IMG/VR virus record: IMGVR_UViG_3300034155_000028
DNA: 64,000 nucleotides
Strand: one strand, 5' to 3'
DNA from: an uncultured virus (IMG/VR IMGVR_UViG_3300034155_000028)
Taxonomy: Duplodnaviria > Heunggongvirae > Uroviricota > Caudoviricetes
The translations under genes and the position numbers were made by a program. Below are positions 45,977 to 56,627 of the stretch, piece by piece; the first letter of the stretch is position 1, and every line of letters begins with the position of its first letter. The notes beneath the pieces were generated by a model. It was not told where the DNA came from. It worked only from the letters and a program-made list of their open reading frames with translations, and searched no databases.

Positions 45977-46585
45977 TACTCCAACTAATGGTGGGTCGCA
46001 AACCATAAACATAGTAGATTTTTTAATAGAATTAATTCTTTGCTCTTCTCCAATTTTGTAAAAGGTACAAATAGAGTTTTGAATTTTAAATGTTTCAGTT
46101 AATATTGGTTGAGATTGTGTACTGTTTTCAGTTTTGATATCAGCTGGTCTTGTTACCATTTTATATGCTAATACTAAAAATAAAATCAGGAAAGTAAAAA
46201 CAGCAACAATACCTATAGATTTTATCATAATTTATTTTTCTCGTACGCGTCCAAAAGCTCTGCTAATACCGATTCCCTAATGCTGTTTGGTAACTCAGAG
46301 AAATCGTACCCTTGCATACGTGCTCCTTCTTGAAAATTACCAAGAAGTTCATCGACAAAGCGATAACTAACTATGACTAGCGGGTATTCTTGTACGATGC
46401 TCTCAGGTGTTGAGTGAGTGCCGAGAACTACATTTACATATCCTTCACGGTCTTTGATTTTATTCATAATTTATTTTAACCAATTAAATATCCAATAAAA
46501 AACAACACCCCATAACCTACACCAAATATAAAACAAATCGATATCGCTATCAAAAATACAAAAATATTTTTAAACATATTATTAT

Positions 46586-47338
46586 TTATATTTCTTCTTG
46601 AATATCAATTATGCAATTTGTTATTGTTTCTTTAAGAACTGAATATAAATTATATGTGTTGTGTTTTATTATTTGGGATAGTAAAATAATTGTGTCTTGA
46701 TTCTTGAATAAATGTTTCCACCGTCCATCCCATGTTCCAATTCCAGCCTCCTCACATTCCATAAAATATAAATATCCAGCGCCACCTCCCAAATGTGACA
46801 TCTCCATAATTATATTATTTATATTTTTAAAACCATTTCCTTCCATTTCTACCAATTCAATATTTTCTTTTACCCAGTTTTCTAAACTCTCAAATATTGC
46901 TTTCTCATATTCTCGAGCAACATTTCTAAGCTTATTATTTACTTCACAACTTTCCAACTCATGATTGTTTGTCCAATATTCACGCTCTATTTCGAGAAGT
47001 AAGTTTAGCATTCCATCATTTAAACTAATATCGTATTTGTCTCCTCCAAATATTACACCAGGATAATCTTTACTAACTTGCTCTCGTGCATCTTTTAAGT
47101 TTTTTGCACGCACAATATAATCAACTTCACCATTTTCAGATGATACCCAATATATAGGATCCCCTATCCCAAAATAGGTTCCAAGCTCATCATATCCACC
47201 ATCATCTAATTCTTTCCGAACTATATTTAATATTTCTCCATCTTCAATACTTTCCTGAATGGTCGCTCTCCCTAACGCCGATCCACGACCAGGATCACCA
47301 CACCACCCCTTAGGATCATTGTCTTTATAATTTGCCAT
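46586..47338 (-). CDS. Hypothetical protein
   Basis: 250-aa ORF; LDDGGYDELGTYFG block. Confidence 0.65.
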   Translation of the reverse strand: MANYKDNDPKGWCGDPGRGSALGRATIQESIEDGEILNIVRKELDDGGYDELGTYFGIGDPIYWVSSENGEVDYIVRAKNLKDAREQVSKDYPGVIFGGDKYDISLNDGMLNLLLEIEREYWTNNHELESCEVNNKLRNVAREYEKAIFESLENWVKENIELVEMEGNGFKNINNIIMEMSHLGGGAGYLYFMECEEAGIGTWDGRWKHLFKNQDTIILLSQIIKHNTYNLYSVLKETITNCIIDIQEEI

Positions 47339-47706
47339 ATAATTTTTAAACAGCTTTACGTTTGGGTGCTTTTCTTATTTGATATCCTAATGCATTAGCC
47401 ATTTCTTTAAGAACTTTAATATTAGTTTTTTCAGTGGTTTCATGGCAATTTATTGGAACAAATCCTGGAAGTACTTTACCAGTATTTCCACCAACCAATA
47501 CCGGTACTAACCCACTAGCATGATGTACTTCAACTACTACAACTCCATTTGGTAAATAAATATGATACTTGGCACCAAAAGATTTATCTAAAATACACTG
47601 CGTTAAAACCGCCCCAAAATTTTGACTTGTTCTAATTGATTCTAAATGATCTAAACATCTTACTACCGTGGCATTAAATCCCATAAAATTAATCCTTCAA
47701 TATAAC

Positions 47707-47745
47707 AAAGAATGGTTGGTACCAGTTTAGTACCAACCATTCTTT
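47707..47745 (-). terminator. Hairpin terminator
   Basis: AAAGAATGGTTGGTAC-7 nt-GTACCAACCATTCTTT, perfect 16-bp stem. Confidence 0.8.
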
Positions 47746-47755
47746 TTCTATCGCT

Positions 47756-48310
47756 TTAAGATGCCTTACGAAATGCTTCCAAATCTTCCGAAGTAATCTG
47801 AATCAACTGATCCTCAGGAGTGCCATACAATGGATGACCCACCAAATTTACCATCGCCGAATCATACCTCTGCTTGAATACCGCAGGCTTCGGTCGACTG
47901 TCTCCAGCATTAGCAAATTTATATGCCAACCGCTTTGCCAACGCAAACTCTTCCGGTGTCGCTGTAATTTTTGATTTTAGCAAAGCCGTACGTTCAGCAC
48001 TCTTTGCCTTTACCAATGCCTTTGCTTCTTCCTTAGTCATCTTCGGCTTCTTCTCAACTTCAGGATGAATCCTAGGACGACCTACAGGCCGCTTCTTTGT
48101 CAAACCATTTACCTTTTCGGTAAGTTCCTTTACCCGATCAAGAAGTGCCATCATCGTACTCTCTTTAACAGTCACCTCTTTATCACCTGTTACAAATGCA
48201 TTGTCTTCTGCATCAACTTCTTCTTTGGTAAAATCCTCGGAAGAAGTGTTGCCAACCAACGTATTGAAATCAGGATTCTCATCAGAATAATCAGAAATAT
48301 TTTGCGTCAT
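47756..48310 (-). CDS. Acidic/basic protein with AT-hook-like motif
   Basis: KKRPVGRPR; acidic N-terminus and coiled coil. Confidence 0.6.
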   Translation of the reverse strand: MTQNISDYSDENPDFNTLVGNTSSEDFTKEEVDAEDNAFVTGDKEVTVKESTMMALLDRVKELTEKVNGLTKKRPVGRPRIHPEVEKKPKMTKEEAKALVKAKSAERTALLKSKITATPEEFALAKRLAYKFANAGDSRPKPAVFKQRYDSAMVNLVGHPLYGTPEDQLIQITSEDLEAFRKAS

Positions 48311-48534
48311 GTTATATACCTATTCTTTCTTTATATTAAATATCACAAACTCAATTCAATTATCACTCAGCCTCCGAAATCTCGGCCGGCCACTCAATCA
48401 ATTCTTTTCCTATGTACCAGTATTCTCTACACACATTTCAGGCACGGTGTAATCTTCATCGATTTCCCAAGCCATACTCTCAACCAAAAGTTCAATTTCG
48501 TCTTCAGTCAAATCAAATTCTTCCATTTTATACC

Positions 48535-49128
48535 TCAGCTTGCATTACAACAAAATGCGTTTCCAGAAATAGTATGACAATTTATTTTACCAACGATTGG
48601 TACCGCTGCCGTAGCACATATCCACATATCTTGTCCACTATATCCATATGTATCTTCGCACTGATCTCCCATATTTGTTTGCTTATAACATCGACTACCA
48701 CAAACATTTGGTGTCGCCACAGGAAATAATTCATTTCCACTCGTTCTCAAACTTTCTCCACATCCTGTGTTTGCTGCTGAACCAGGACACGTTCCACAAT
48801 TAATCAGGTTTCCACAACTATCATTTACTAATCCACATGCTACCGGTGCAGAAATATCTGAATAATTTGTCCATTTAGTTGTCTCTGCCGCAATCTCTGG
48901 ACATGTTTTGGTTTTACATACTGTGTTGCCTCCAAAACTTGGTGCTTCAATTCCTCCACCAACCCCAGAGCCGCTTCCTCCCAAAGATGTTTTTTCAACA
49001 ATAGAAGAACCACCAATAGCGCTTTCTCCACCATTAGATTCTCCACCATTAGATTCTGTAGCTTTGGTGATTGAACTAGAAGAACATCCACAAAATATAA
49101 ATACCAATATATATGTCCAGAGATTCAT
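48535..49128 (-). CDS. Cys-rich lipoprotein with a Gly/Ser linker
   Basis: ILVFIFCGC lipobox-like, GGES repeats, CxxxTC...CGxxxDSCGxxIxCGTC. Confidence 0.7.
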   Translation of the reverse strand: MNLWTYILVFIFCGCSSSSITKATESNGGESNGGESAIGGSSIVEKTSLGGSGSGVGGGIEAPSFGGNTVCKTKTCPEIAAETTKWTNYSDISAPVACGLVNDSCGNLINCGTCPGSAANTGCGESLRTSGNELFPVATPNVCGSRCYKQTNMGDQCEDTYGYSGQDMWICATAAVPIVGKINCHTISGNAFCCNAS

Positions 49129-50744
49129 AATTTATTTATCCTTTATTGAGATTTGATTCCCTTACAGTCCTTACAACTCCAGGGAAGTGCTTGACCTTTC
49201 TTTCCCCATGCTACCGTAAAATGCCCATTCTTTCGTGCCTTCTCTGCAGCCTCACCAGGATCAGCATCACTTCCTAGTTCTTTTCCACAAAAATCACAAG
49301 TAACATGATATAGACGATCAGCTTGATTATACGTATTCATTTTTATTTATCCGTTTACTAAATTTAAAGTTATTTGTTGCTACCAAAAAGATTTGTTTAA
49401 AAATTTATTGTTTATTATACCGTATTGGTTTTTATCTTTCGATTTAAAAGAAAATCCAAAATTCTAAATCTCGTAACTAATAACTGGTTGCAAATCAATT
49501 ATTGCTTTATCTATCTTTTCTTTAGCTTCCTTAAGCTTTGTCAAAGCGTGTTGCTTAACTTCTTCAAAAGTATCGCATATAATTGGTTTTCCATATCTAC
49601 CATGAGTTTGATAAATATAATGTGGTCCACCTTCTGGTGTTTTTAATACTGTTTTAATCCACATATATACTCCACCAACTTGTAGCTCTGTTCCGTGACA
49701 ACCACATTCACAATATTTAAATAAATTTGACATTTATCTACTGCGCTTTTTCTTTAAAAGAGAATCTCCACCTAAGGCTAACATACATGCTAACAACATA
49801 TCTACATCTTTTTTCTCTTTAAGTTTTCTATCCAATAAAGATAACATTATATTAATATCCATTGATATTGTCCCGTATAAAAGAACTCATTCTGCTAAGT
49901 AATAGGTTTTTTAAATATTCTTTTGTTAATCTAATTGCTTCAGCTTTAGTTATTGGTTCGCCAGCAACAGTGCTTCCATAGTCTCTATGATTACTGCTCC
50001 AATATAAATTAGATTGGTTTGTACTCCACCCAAAATCAATTAGAAACTTATCTTCTGCTTCCTCTAAATCATTTAATATTTTAGCTTTCCTGCGAATCTC
50101 AGATAATTTGTTTTCTTCTATATTTGAAAGCTTTATTTCTACAAAAGAATCTCGTACATGATACTGTTTATTCCATGTGCTAGGAAATGTTGTTGCTAAC
50201 CATTGAATAAAATCTATATTTTTTACATCTAAAGATACAAATTCAGGTGATGCAAACCCTGCAATTATTTGTTTGGCCTCTTCTATATCTTTTGCTTTAA
50301 ATTCACAATTAGGAAACACATTTCCTTGATGATAAAAATCAAGACCTTCACCTATCCAAAGAGTTATTCCCATTTTTATTTAACCTTCAAAATCTTTTAA
50401 ATATACATATTCAATAATATTGAATACATTAGAACCACCGTCATCGACAGATGAAAACAATACAATACACGGATATTGTTCAGGAATCTGTGCATCATCA
50501 CTAGCTTTAAACACATCTGTTCTGGCTTCTTGTGCTTCCCATTGCTCATACTCATCATCGGAATCTTGAATAGATTTAGGAGGGTTAGAGTGGTAAGTTC
50601 CATCTTCAAATGGGAATTCAATATCAAGTACTGTTTCAACCTCATTGAAATCACCAAGCTCTTGTAGAAAAAACTTAATCAAATCCTTTTCAGATCGTAG
50701 CAGCTTCTTTTCCATTTTTAAAACCTTATTAAAACCAGTCGGTG

Positions 50745-50836
50745 TTACCAAAGAATTTAGATTTGTTTCTTAGAGAAGATATTATAAGGCTGTCTACTAA
50801 ACCTAACTTCATTATTAAATCTAAATTCTTTGGTAA
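50745..50836. repeat. 20-bp perfect inverted repeat built from two motif copies, 52-bp spacer
   Basis: TTACCAAAGAATTTAGATTT (50745-50764) and AAATCTAAATTCTTTGGTAA (50817-50836). Confidence 0.9.
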
Positions 50837-52106
50837 AAACTATTTATGAAATTAAATAATAGATATTAATTATTATAACTACCATTATAATAATCTCAAT
50901 CTCATGCTCCCTCTTTTTCTCTTGAATCTCCCTGGAATATACATGTTGGTCCAGTTCCAAACTATATCATAAATTGTTCGCTTGAAATTATCTTTAAGGA
51001 GGTGCTCTAATCATTTTTATATTTCTTTCAAATGATATTAAACGGAAAGCCTACTTCTCTCATACCTACTACCAAACTCTCATAAACACCATCTTTTAAA
51101 GCTATCTTGTCCGATAAATATAGTTCTCGAGACATTTTCTTTGAAGCTTCTTTATCTACTTCACACAGCATACCATGATATAAACACTTGTCATGAAATA
51201 TAGTATTTGTTAGTAGTTCGCTTGTCCAATCAATCTGGTATCCCTCACCAATATCTTCATCAAAATTAACTAGAGGTAAATCATCTTCATGTGAACAGCT
51301 ATAACTTTCTATAAATTTCTTGGTTTTACAGATTGCTTCTTTGCTTGCCCAATAAACACGAACACGACTCTTTCGTGCATTTTGTGTTGAATAAGCTATG
51401 AACTTATCATCTAAAAAATAAAACTGAGTACCAACCCATGTATCCGTACAATACCAACACTCTAACCAATAACTTACTAAATTTGTATTACCATTATCAC
51501 ATTTTTTATAATCAATATCTATACCAAATTCTTTTGCTAAAGTATCAATAGCATATAAATCAGGATTTTTCTTATTTATTCTTTCAATTACTTCTTTTAT
51601 TTTCATTTTACCAACTTACCAACAATGCCTGTATTAAAAGTGGGTATGTTGTTGAAATATCAAGGCCTGTTTGAAACCTTAATTGTTGCAAATATTCTTT
51701 AGTGTTATATATGTCTAAACCCAACTCGTCAAAAGCTTGCTTGGTGATTTTTACAGAACCTGCTTTGCAAGAAGCTTCTTTAATTATCTCAGCAATAGGT
51801 TTGTATAAATCATGCTGTTCTTGTTGTTGTTGCTTTAAAAACTTGTCGTAATTACATCTTGCAGTAAATGCGTCTATCATTTTTTTAATCCTATTTACAC
51901 AAATAAATTGCAGGAACTATACAATATTCAATTAATTTTCCCTGTATGTTTCCTTCAATTGTTTTACCACTACAGCTTTGGTTATCGAAAATACAATATT
52001 CTCTCTGATATGAATAACAACAGTTTTCTACTAAATATAATCCTGCCCATGGTATCGAATCACCTGTGCATTCTAACATTTTATTTTCTCCAAATAATTT
52101 GTTGTG

Positions 52107-52190
52107 TGGATCTTTCGAGACTTGAACTCGAATGACCTTTCGGTCGGCAGATTTTGAGTCTGCTGCGTATGCCAATTCCGCCAAAGATCC
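52107..52190 (-). tRNA. tRNA-Leu(CAA)
   Basis: Acceptor GGATCTT/AAGATCC, anticodon arm GCAGA-CTCAAAA-TCTGC, long variable arm, T arm TCGAG-TTCAAGT-CTCGA; CCA not encoded. Confidence 0.92.
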
Positions 52191-52337
52191 AAAACCCCAA
52201 AACTATAAACTATATATAATTGTCCCCATCTAACTCGCATAATTATATGTCTTTTATATTTTGGGCTTTAATTAATTCATTTATTGATTTTAATTTATGT
52301 TAGATGTCCGCTCAATAAATTAACTTAATTAAACTAG

Positions 52338-52382
52338 AGACCTTACTTAGATTCGAACTAAGACTTTCTTTTTATAAGGCCT
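52338..52382 (-). ncRNA. Mini-tRNA-like element (acceptor stem plus T arm only) or tRNA pseudogene
   Basis: GGCCTTA-12 nt-CTTAG TTCGAAT CTAAG-TAAGGTC. Confidence 0.55.
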
Positions 52383-52967
52383 AAAACTATATCAAAAATG
52401 TACTCGCATATCTCGTATTGTATACCAATATCTCTTCATCAATTATTTTCTTACACTCTTGATAAATTGTCAACTCTGATACTTTAGAACTTGATACTAT
52501 CTTTGTATAATGTGCTGATTCAAATCCGTTTTTGAATTTAACCGTAATCAAAAACTCATCATCAAACCCACCACCTGCAATATATAGTCTCGTTGTATCA
52601 TATGCAACAAATGACCGTATATCTAATTTGCTTAGCCTATTGTGAATAGATAACAATAAATTAATCTGCGACGTGAAGATAAACATCTTATCCCTCCGAA
52701 ATCTCAGTCGGTCGTTCGGCCCGGTGTCTCTTCTATCAATTCATAATACAATACACCAGGATTGTTTCCACAAACTTTATACAAAATCTTTACCTCATCA
52801 AAATTAGGATATGGACATGGATATGCACTTCTAATTCCAATCTTTATTCCATCACTTAATATCGCTTGTCTCTTGGTTAGCTTGCTTACTGTTACTATCC
52901 CAAGATTCTTACCAAAAAAATTCTTCTTCTTTAGTTTATGCCCAATTTCTAACATCTTTCAGTTCCT

Positions 52968-53378
52968 TTATATAGGCCAAATATAATCTATCTTGGGTGT
53001 TTCTTCCCACCCAAAATTAGAATAATGCTCTAACTTCTTGGCTAATAAAGCCGCCCTGTGTGATGAGTGTATTTTACAATTACCCCACCAAATTGGCCTT
53101 GTTGTAAATACTGTTCCCTGTAATATCTTAATCTTTTCTGTACAAGTATCTTTGTACCCTAGAGATATCCATTGTTTACAAATTGCTAAACCATATTCAC
53201 CAAGGGAATATTCATAGCCTCTCCACATCTTTACTGCAGGATGATTTATCCAACCAGAAGAAATTCCCCTCAGAGCTCTTAATATTTGTAATACTTCTAC
53301 TCTTTGTTTTCCTAATCGTTGCCTATCAAGAACTTTTGCACACTCTGCAAAGTCAGTATAAGGTACAAATGTTTGCAT
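52968..53378 (-). CDS. Pyrimidine dimer glycosylase/T4 endonuclease V-like (MSMEG_6728 family)
   Basis: MQTFVPY..F..CA..LD..RLGKQRVE..QIL, HPAVKMWRG, HSSHRAALL.K. Confidence 0.85.
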   Translation of the reverse strand: MQTFVPYTDFAECAKVLDRQRLGKQRVEVLQILRALRGISSGWINHPAVKMWRGYEYSLGEYGLAICKQWISLGYKDTCTEKIKILQGTVFTTRPIWWGNCKIHSSHRAALLAKKLEHYSNFGWEETPKIDYIWPI

Positions 53379-54438
53379 AGCTTAATTGCTTTTTTGATTG
53401 TTCCCTAACAATTCCTCTATCGTTGTTTCTGTACACTTACCACACAATAACTCTGTTGTTAGTTCTGTTACTTTATTTTCAATTTCTGTTTTTTGCTCTG
53501 GTGTCATTATATTTTCTAAAGCATCATCATATGTGGAACAAATATCTACCAAATCTTGTCGTACTAAATGATAAAAAGATGTTATGTTTTTCAGAAATAA
53601 ATTGTTTTGTTCTTCAGATAATGTTTCTGAAATTATTTTGTTACACCCAATAACAAATTTTACTTTATCCATTGAAATATATTTCAACCCCATCAAGCAT
53701 ACAACAACATGATCCAATATGATCTTTTGAAAAATTACACTTGCACTTTAATTGTGTTTTAGGATCAATATACATCTTTTGACATGCTACGATTTCATAA
53801 CATATCCTCTTTGTATTAGCAGAATAATTTCGTACGCTATTCAACAACCAATTAGGATCTTCTTCCATAAAAATATATTTAATTTCTTTGGTAAAATTAT
53901 TATTTGTTATATTAAATTTCTTATTCAAATCAAAGGGGCTTCTTTAGCGCTAATACCTAATTCTTGAGCGCGTTTAATAATTGCTACAATATCAGTTAAA
54001 GCATCCAATTGATAAGACATTCCATGGTCTCTTGCCTCTGCTGCCTTAACAGAAATATTTGATAAACATTGCCTAATTAGAATTTCGTATTCACGTTTTG
54101 TTATATCAATAACCTTAGCTTTCACTACATGAACAATTTGGAATATCCTCGTCTGGAGCTATATAAGCGTAATCTCCACATGAAGAACACTCCCACCATT
54201 TCCAATCATCAGGAATATCACCCTCAACAATTCCATCGGTTGGATAATTTGTTAGGTCTAGAGTCATAAAGGTGAATCTTTCTCTTGTATTGCTTCTTTC
54301 AACTGTTTATCAATCTCTTCCTGTACTTCGTTGGTCTCTCTTCCCCTGCATGCTTTAATCTGTCCATCAGAATCAAATCTCTTATCTTTTCGCATCCCAG
54401 CTTTGTGCATTTTATTCCTTGGTTTGTTATTTTTTTTG

Positions 54439-54512
54439 TGAGCCTAGTATGACTCGAACCTACAACTGCCAATTTAGAAAATTGGAACTCTATCCAATTG
54501 AGCTATAGACCC
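54439..54512 (-). tRNA. tRNA-Arg(TCT)
   Basis: Acceptor GGGTCTA/TAGGCTC, D arm GCTC/GAGT, CCAAT-TTTCTAA-ATTGG, T loop TTCGAGT (one T-stem mismatch). Confidence 0.8.
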
Positions 54513-54895
54513 AAATATTATTTACTCTACCTCTTTTTCTTTTAAATATTTCTCTATGTCTTTAAGACTATCTTCACTGATTTTCCATTCCCCATGCCTG
54601 TGTAAATGTCCCCCTAAACATATTCCCTTTATCGGATTCCCTTTATTGTTTCCCTTAAATGGATTCAATAAAAACGCCGCACTACAAGTCTCATAAGTCG
54701 TTATAACTACAGAATGATCCGCATACCTTAATTCATGAAATTCATGGTTTTGCCAATATATATCTTCCTCACTCATTGGGAATTTATTTCCATCCCCATC
54801 TATCATGTAATTATCTGTATCTTCCCCTATATACTCTACCATTATCTGTAAAGGATCTTGAGACATTATTTTAATCTTTCTTTGGTAAAATTAAA

Positions 54896-55206
54896 TATGA
54901 TTCCGGTACTTTCGTACCGAAATCATAAATGGAAGTTACCTTCCAGTCCAAATTATCTTGCGACAATTTGGATAATTGCTCTCTTCGAGACTGACTACCA
55001 TAGAGATTTCCAACTAGAGAAACATTAGAAATATATTTTTCCCTGCTACAGGAAGATGATTCAGTTTCCTGTATCTTTTTATTCTTACGAATAAAAAGAC
55101 CGGATACTCTAGTTATTGGTTTAACTTGTTTATACCTATTCTCTAGCAACAAGTAGGTTCTAACAAGCCCCTTCCAAATCTAACAGATTTTGAAAAGGGT
55201 TATAAC
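54896..55206 (-). ncRNA. Stand-alone omegaRNA copy (no nuclease gene) ending in a GAAA hairpin
   Basis: Homologous to 17165..17421 with compensatory changes; followed by TATGATTTCGGTAC-GAAA-GTACCGGAATCATA and a T-rich tract. Confidence 0.85.
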
Positions 55207-55315
55207 TGAGCTATAGGCCATTTGTTTTTTTTTTCTTTATTAAAATTAAACATGATTAGAATTATAACTAAACAGGATCTTTATCCTGTGTCATAACAAC
55301 CTCCTTTCTTATATG

Positions 55316-55399
55316 TGCTATCTCCGAGACTTGAACTCGGACGACCTTTCGGCCGGCAGATTTTGAATCTGCTGCGTCTGCCATTTCCGCCAAGATAGC
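55316..55399 (-). tRNA. tRNA-Leu(CAA), second copy
   Basis: Acceptor GCTATCT/AGATAGC, GCAGA-TTCAAAA-TCTGC, long variable arm, CCGAG-TTCAAGT-CTCGG. Confidence 0.92.
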
Positions 55400-56330
55400 T
55401 AATTCTTATCCCTTCATTATTCCCCAGACAACTATCGTCATAACTGAACATCCTAACATTATTCCCAATATTATTATACTCGGGAATATTACCTGGTCTA
55501 TTTTTTTAATCATAAAAATTCTTTTGTGTTTTTGGCATCTTACCATTAAAAACAGGCAAATCTTCTTTCTCTATCCTTATCCAATGTGTTGGCATATATT
55601 GTGAAGTAAAATACCTATCTTCAAATGGAATATATTCGGCCCATTTCAAACTTAAATCATCAGTTATATTACTAACAATTCCATACATAATACGACGACA
55701 ATATGTAAAAATTACATGAATTTGAAAATGTGGTCCGAATGATTCTCCTAACTCTCTTAGCTTGTGATATTCAGGACAATCTTCCAATGTCGGAGGATCT
55801 TTTTCAACGTCTCTCCACAATTCTTTTATCATATTTTTACCAAGAAATTACTATTCTATCAGAACTTATGTTTACGTTATAACCCAAATTAGTAAAATAC
55901 TTTTTGATTTTTTCCGATGTTTCAAGTATATTACTTATTCCAAACTCTACAAGTTCTTGGTCGAAAATGTTACAATGATCTTGGTTTAATTTTGCCTCTC
56001 GAATTATTTTTTCATTAACCCATTTTGCAAGACCTTCGTTTAAACTATCTGAAATTTCTCTCGCTTTTGTTGCTGTAATAATTTCCACTTTATTTCTCCA
56101 CAAAATAATGCTTTAAATTTCTCGGTATCTTTACCCCTCGCAACCTAGTAGATTTACTCAATACAAAATTTAGTTTTTGTGAAATAATAAAATCTAACTT
56201 CATATGTAAACCAGCAACATATACCAAATACTTTCTCATATCTCTAATATATCTATTTGGATTGTAATAATATTTATTAAGATATGGATTTGGGATTTGG
56301 CAAATGTTAAAATAATGTGTATTCATTTTA

Positions 56331-56627
56331 TTATCTTCCAGATTTAGCTAACAAAGATTCCCTTGGATCATCTTCAAAAGTTTCTTCATCATACCAATCT
56401 TCCCATCCAGATGTGCCATCTCCATTATATTCACACCACCTTCGTAATCCTCCCATATTAGAATAATCTCCCTTTACCCGATGCTTCAATTGAAATAAAT
56501 CATATTGAGCAAGTACATCCATTATCTTTACCCCCTCCTCTACCGTATCTACATCTACAATAAACTCTGGCATCGGTATCTGTGGCACCCACCATACCTG
56601 TAAATCTCCATCTTTATAATCTTTCAT
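56331..56627 (-). CDS. P22 gp17-like (superinfection-exclusion-related) protein
   Basis: LQVWWVPQIPM..F.V.V..VEEG..IMD.LA.YDLFQ......DYSNMGGL...WEDW. Confidence 0.75.
   Translation of the reverse strand: MKDYKDGDLQVWWVPQIPMPEFIVDVDTVEEGVKIMDVLAQYDLFQLKHRVKGDYSNMGGLRRWCEYNGDGTSGWEDWYDEETFEDDPRESLLAKSGR

Larger units (their letters stand above)
28005..52713. repeat. GC-rich motif CTCCGAAATCTCGGCCGGC, 4 copies in the same orientation
   Basis: Identical 19-mers at 35549 and 48372; variants at 28005 and 52694. Confidence 0.8.

Noticed and set aside
51891..52184. 97-aa ORF start overlapping tRNA-Leu
   Set aside because: The N-terminal part is tRNA sequence; the real start is probably ATG 52079
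54871..55152. 93-aa ORF similar to the N-terminus of the 411-aa ORF
   Set aside because: The similarity is explained by the duplicated omegaRNA scaffold with RNA-compensatory changes, so it is not called as a CDS
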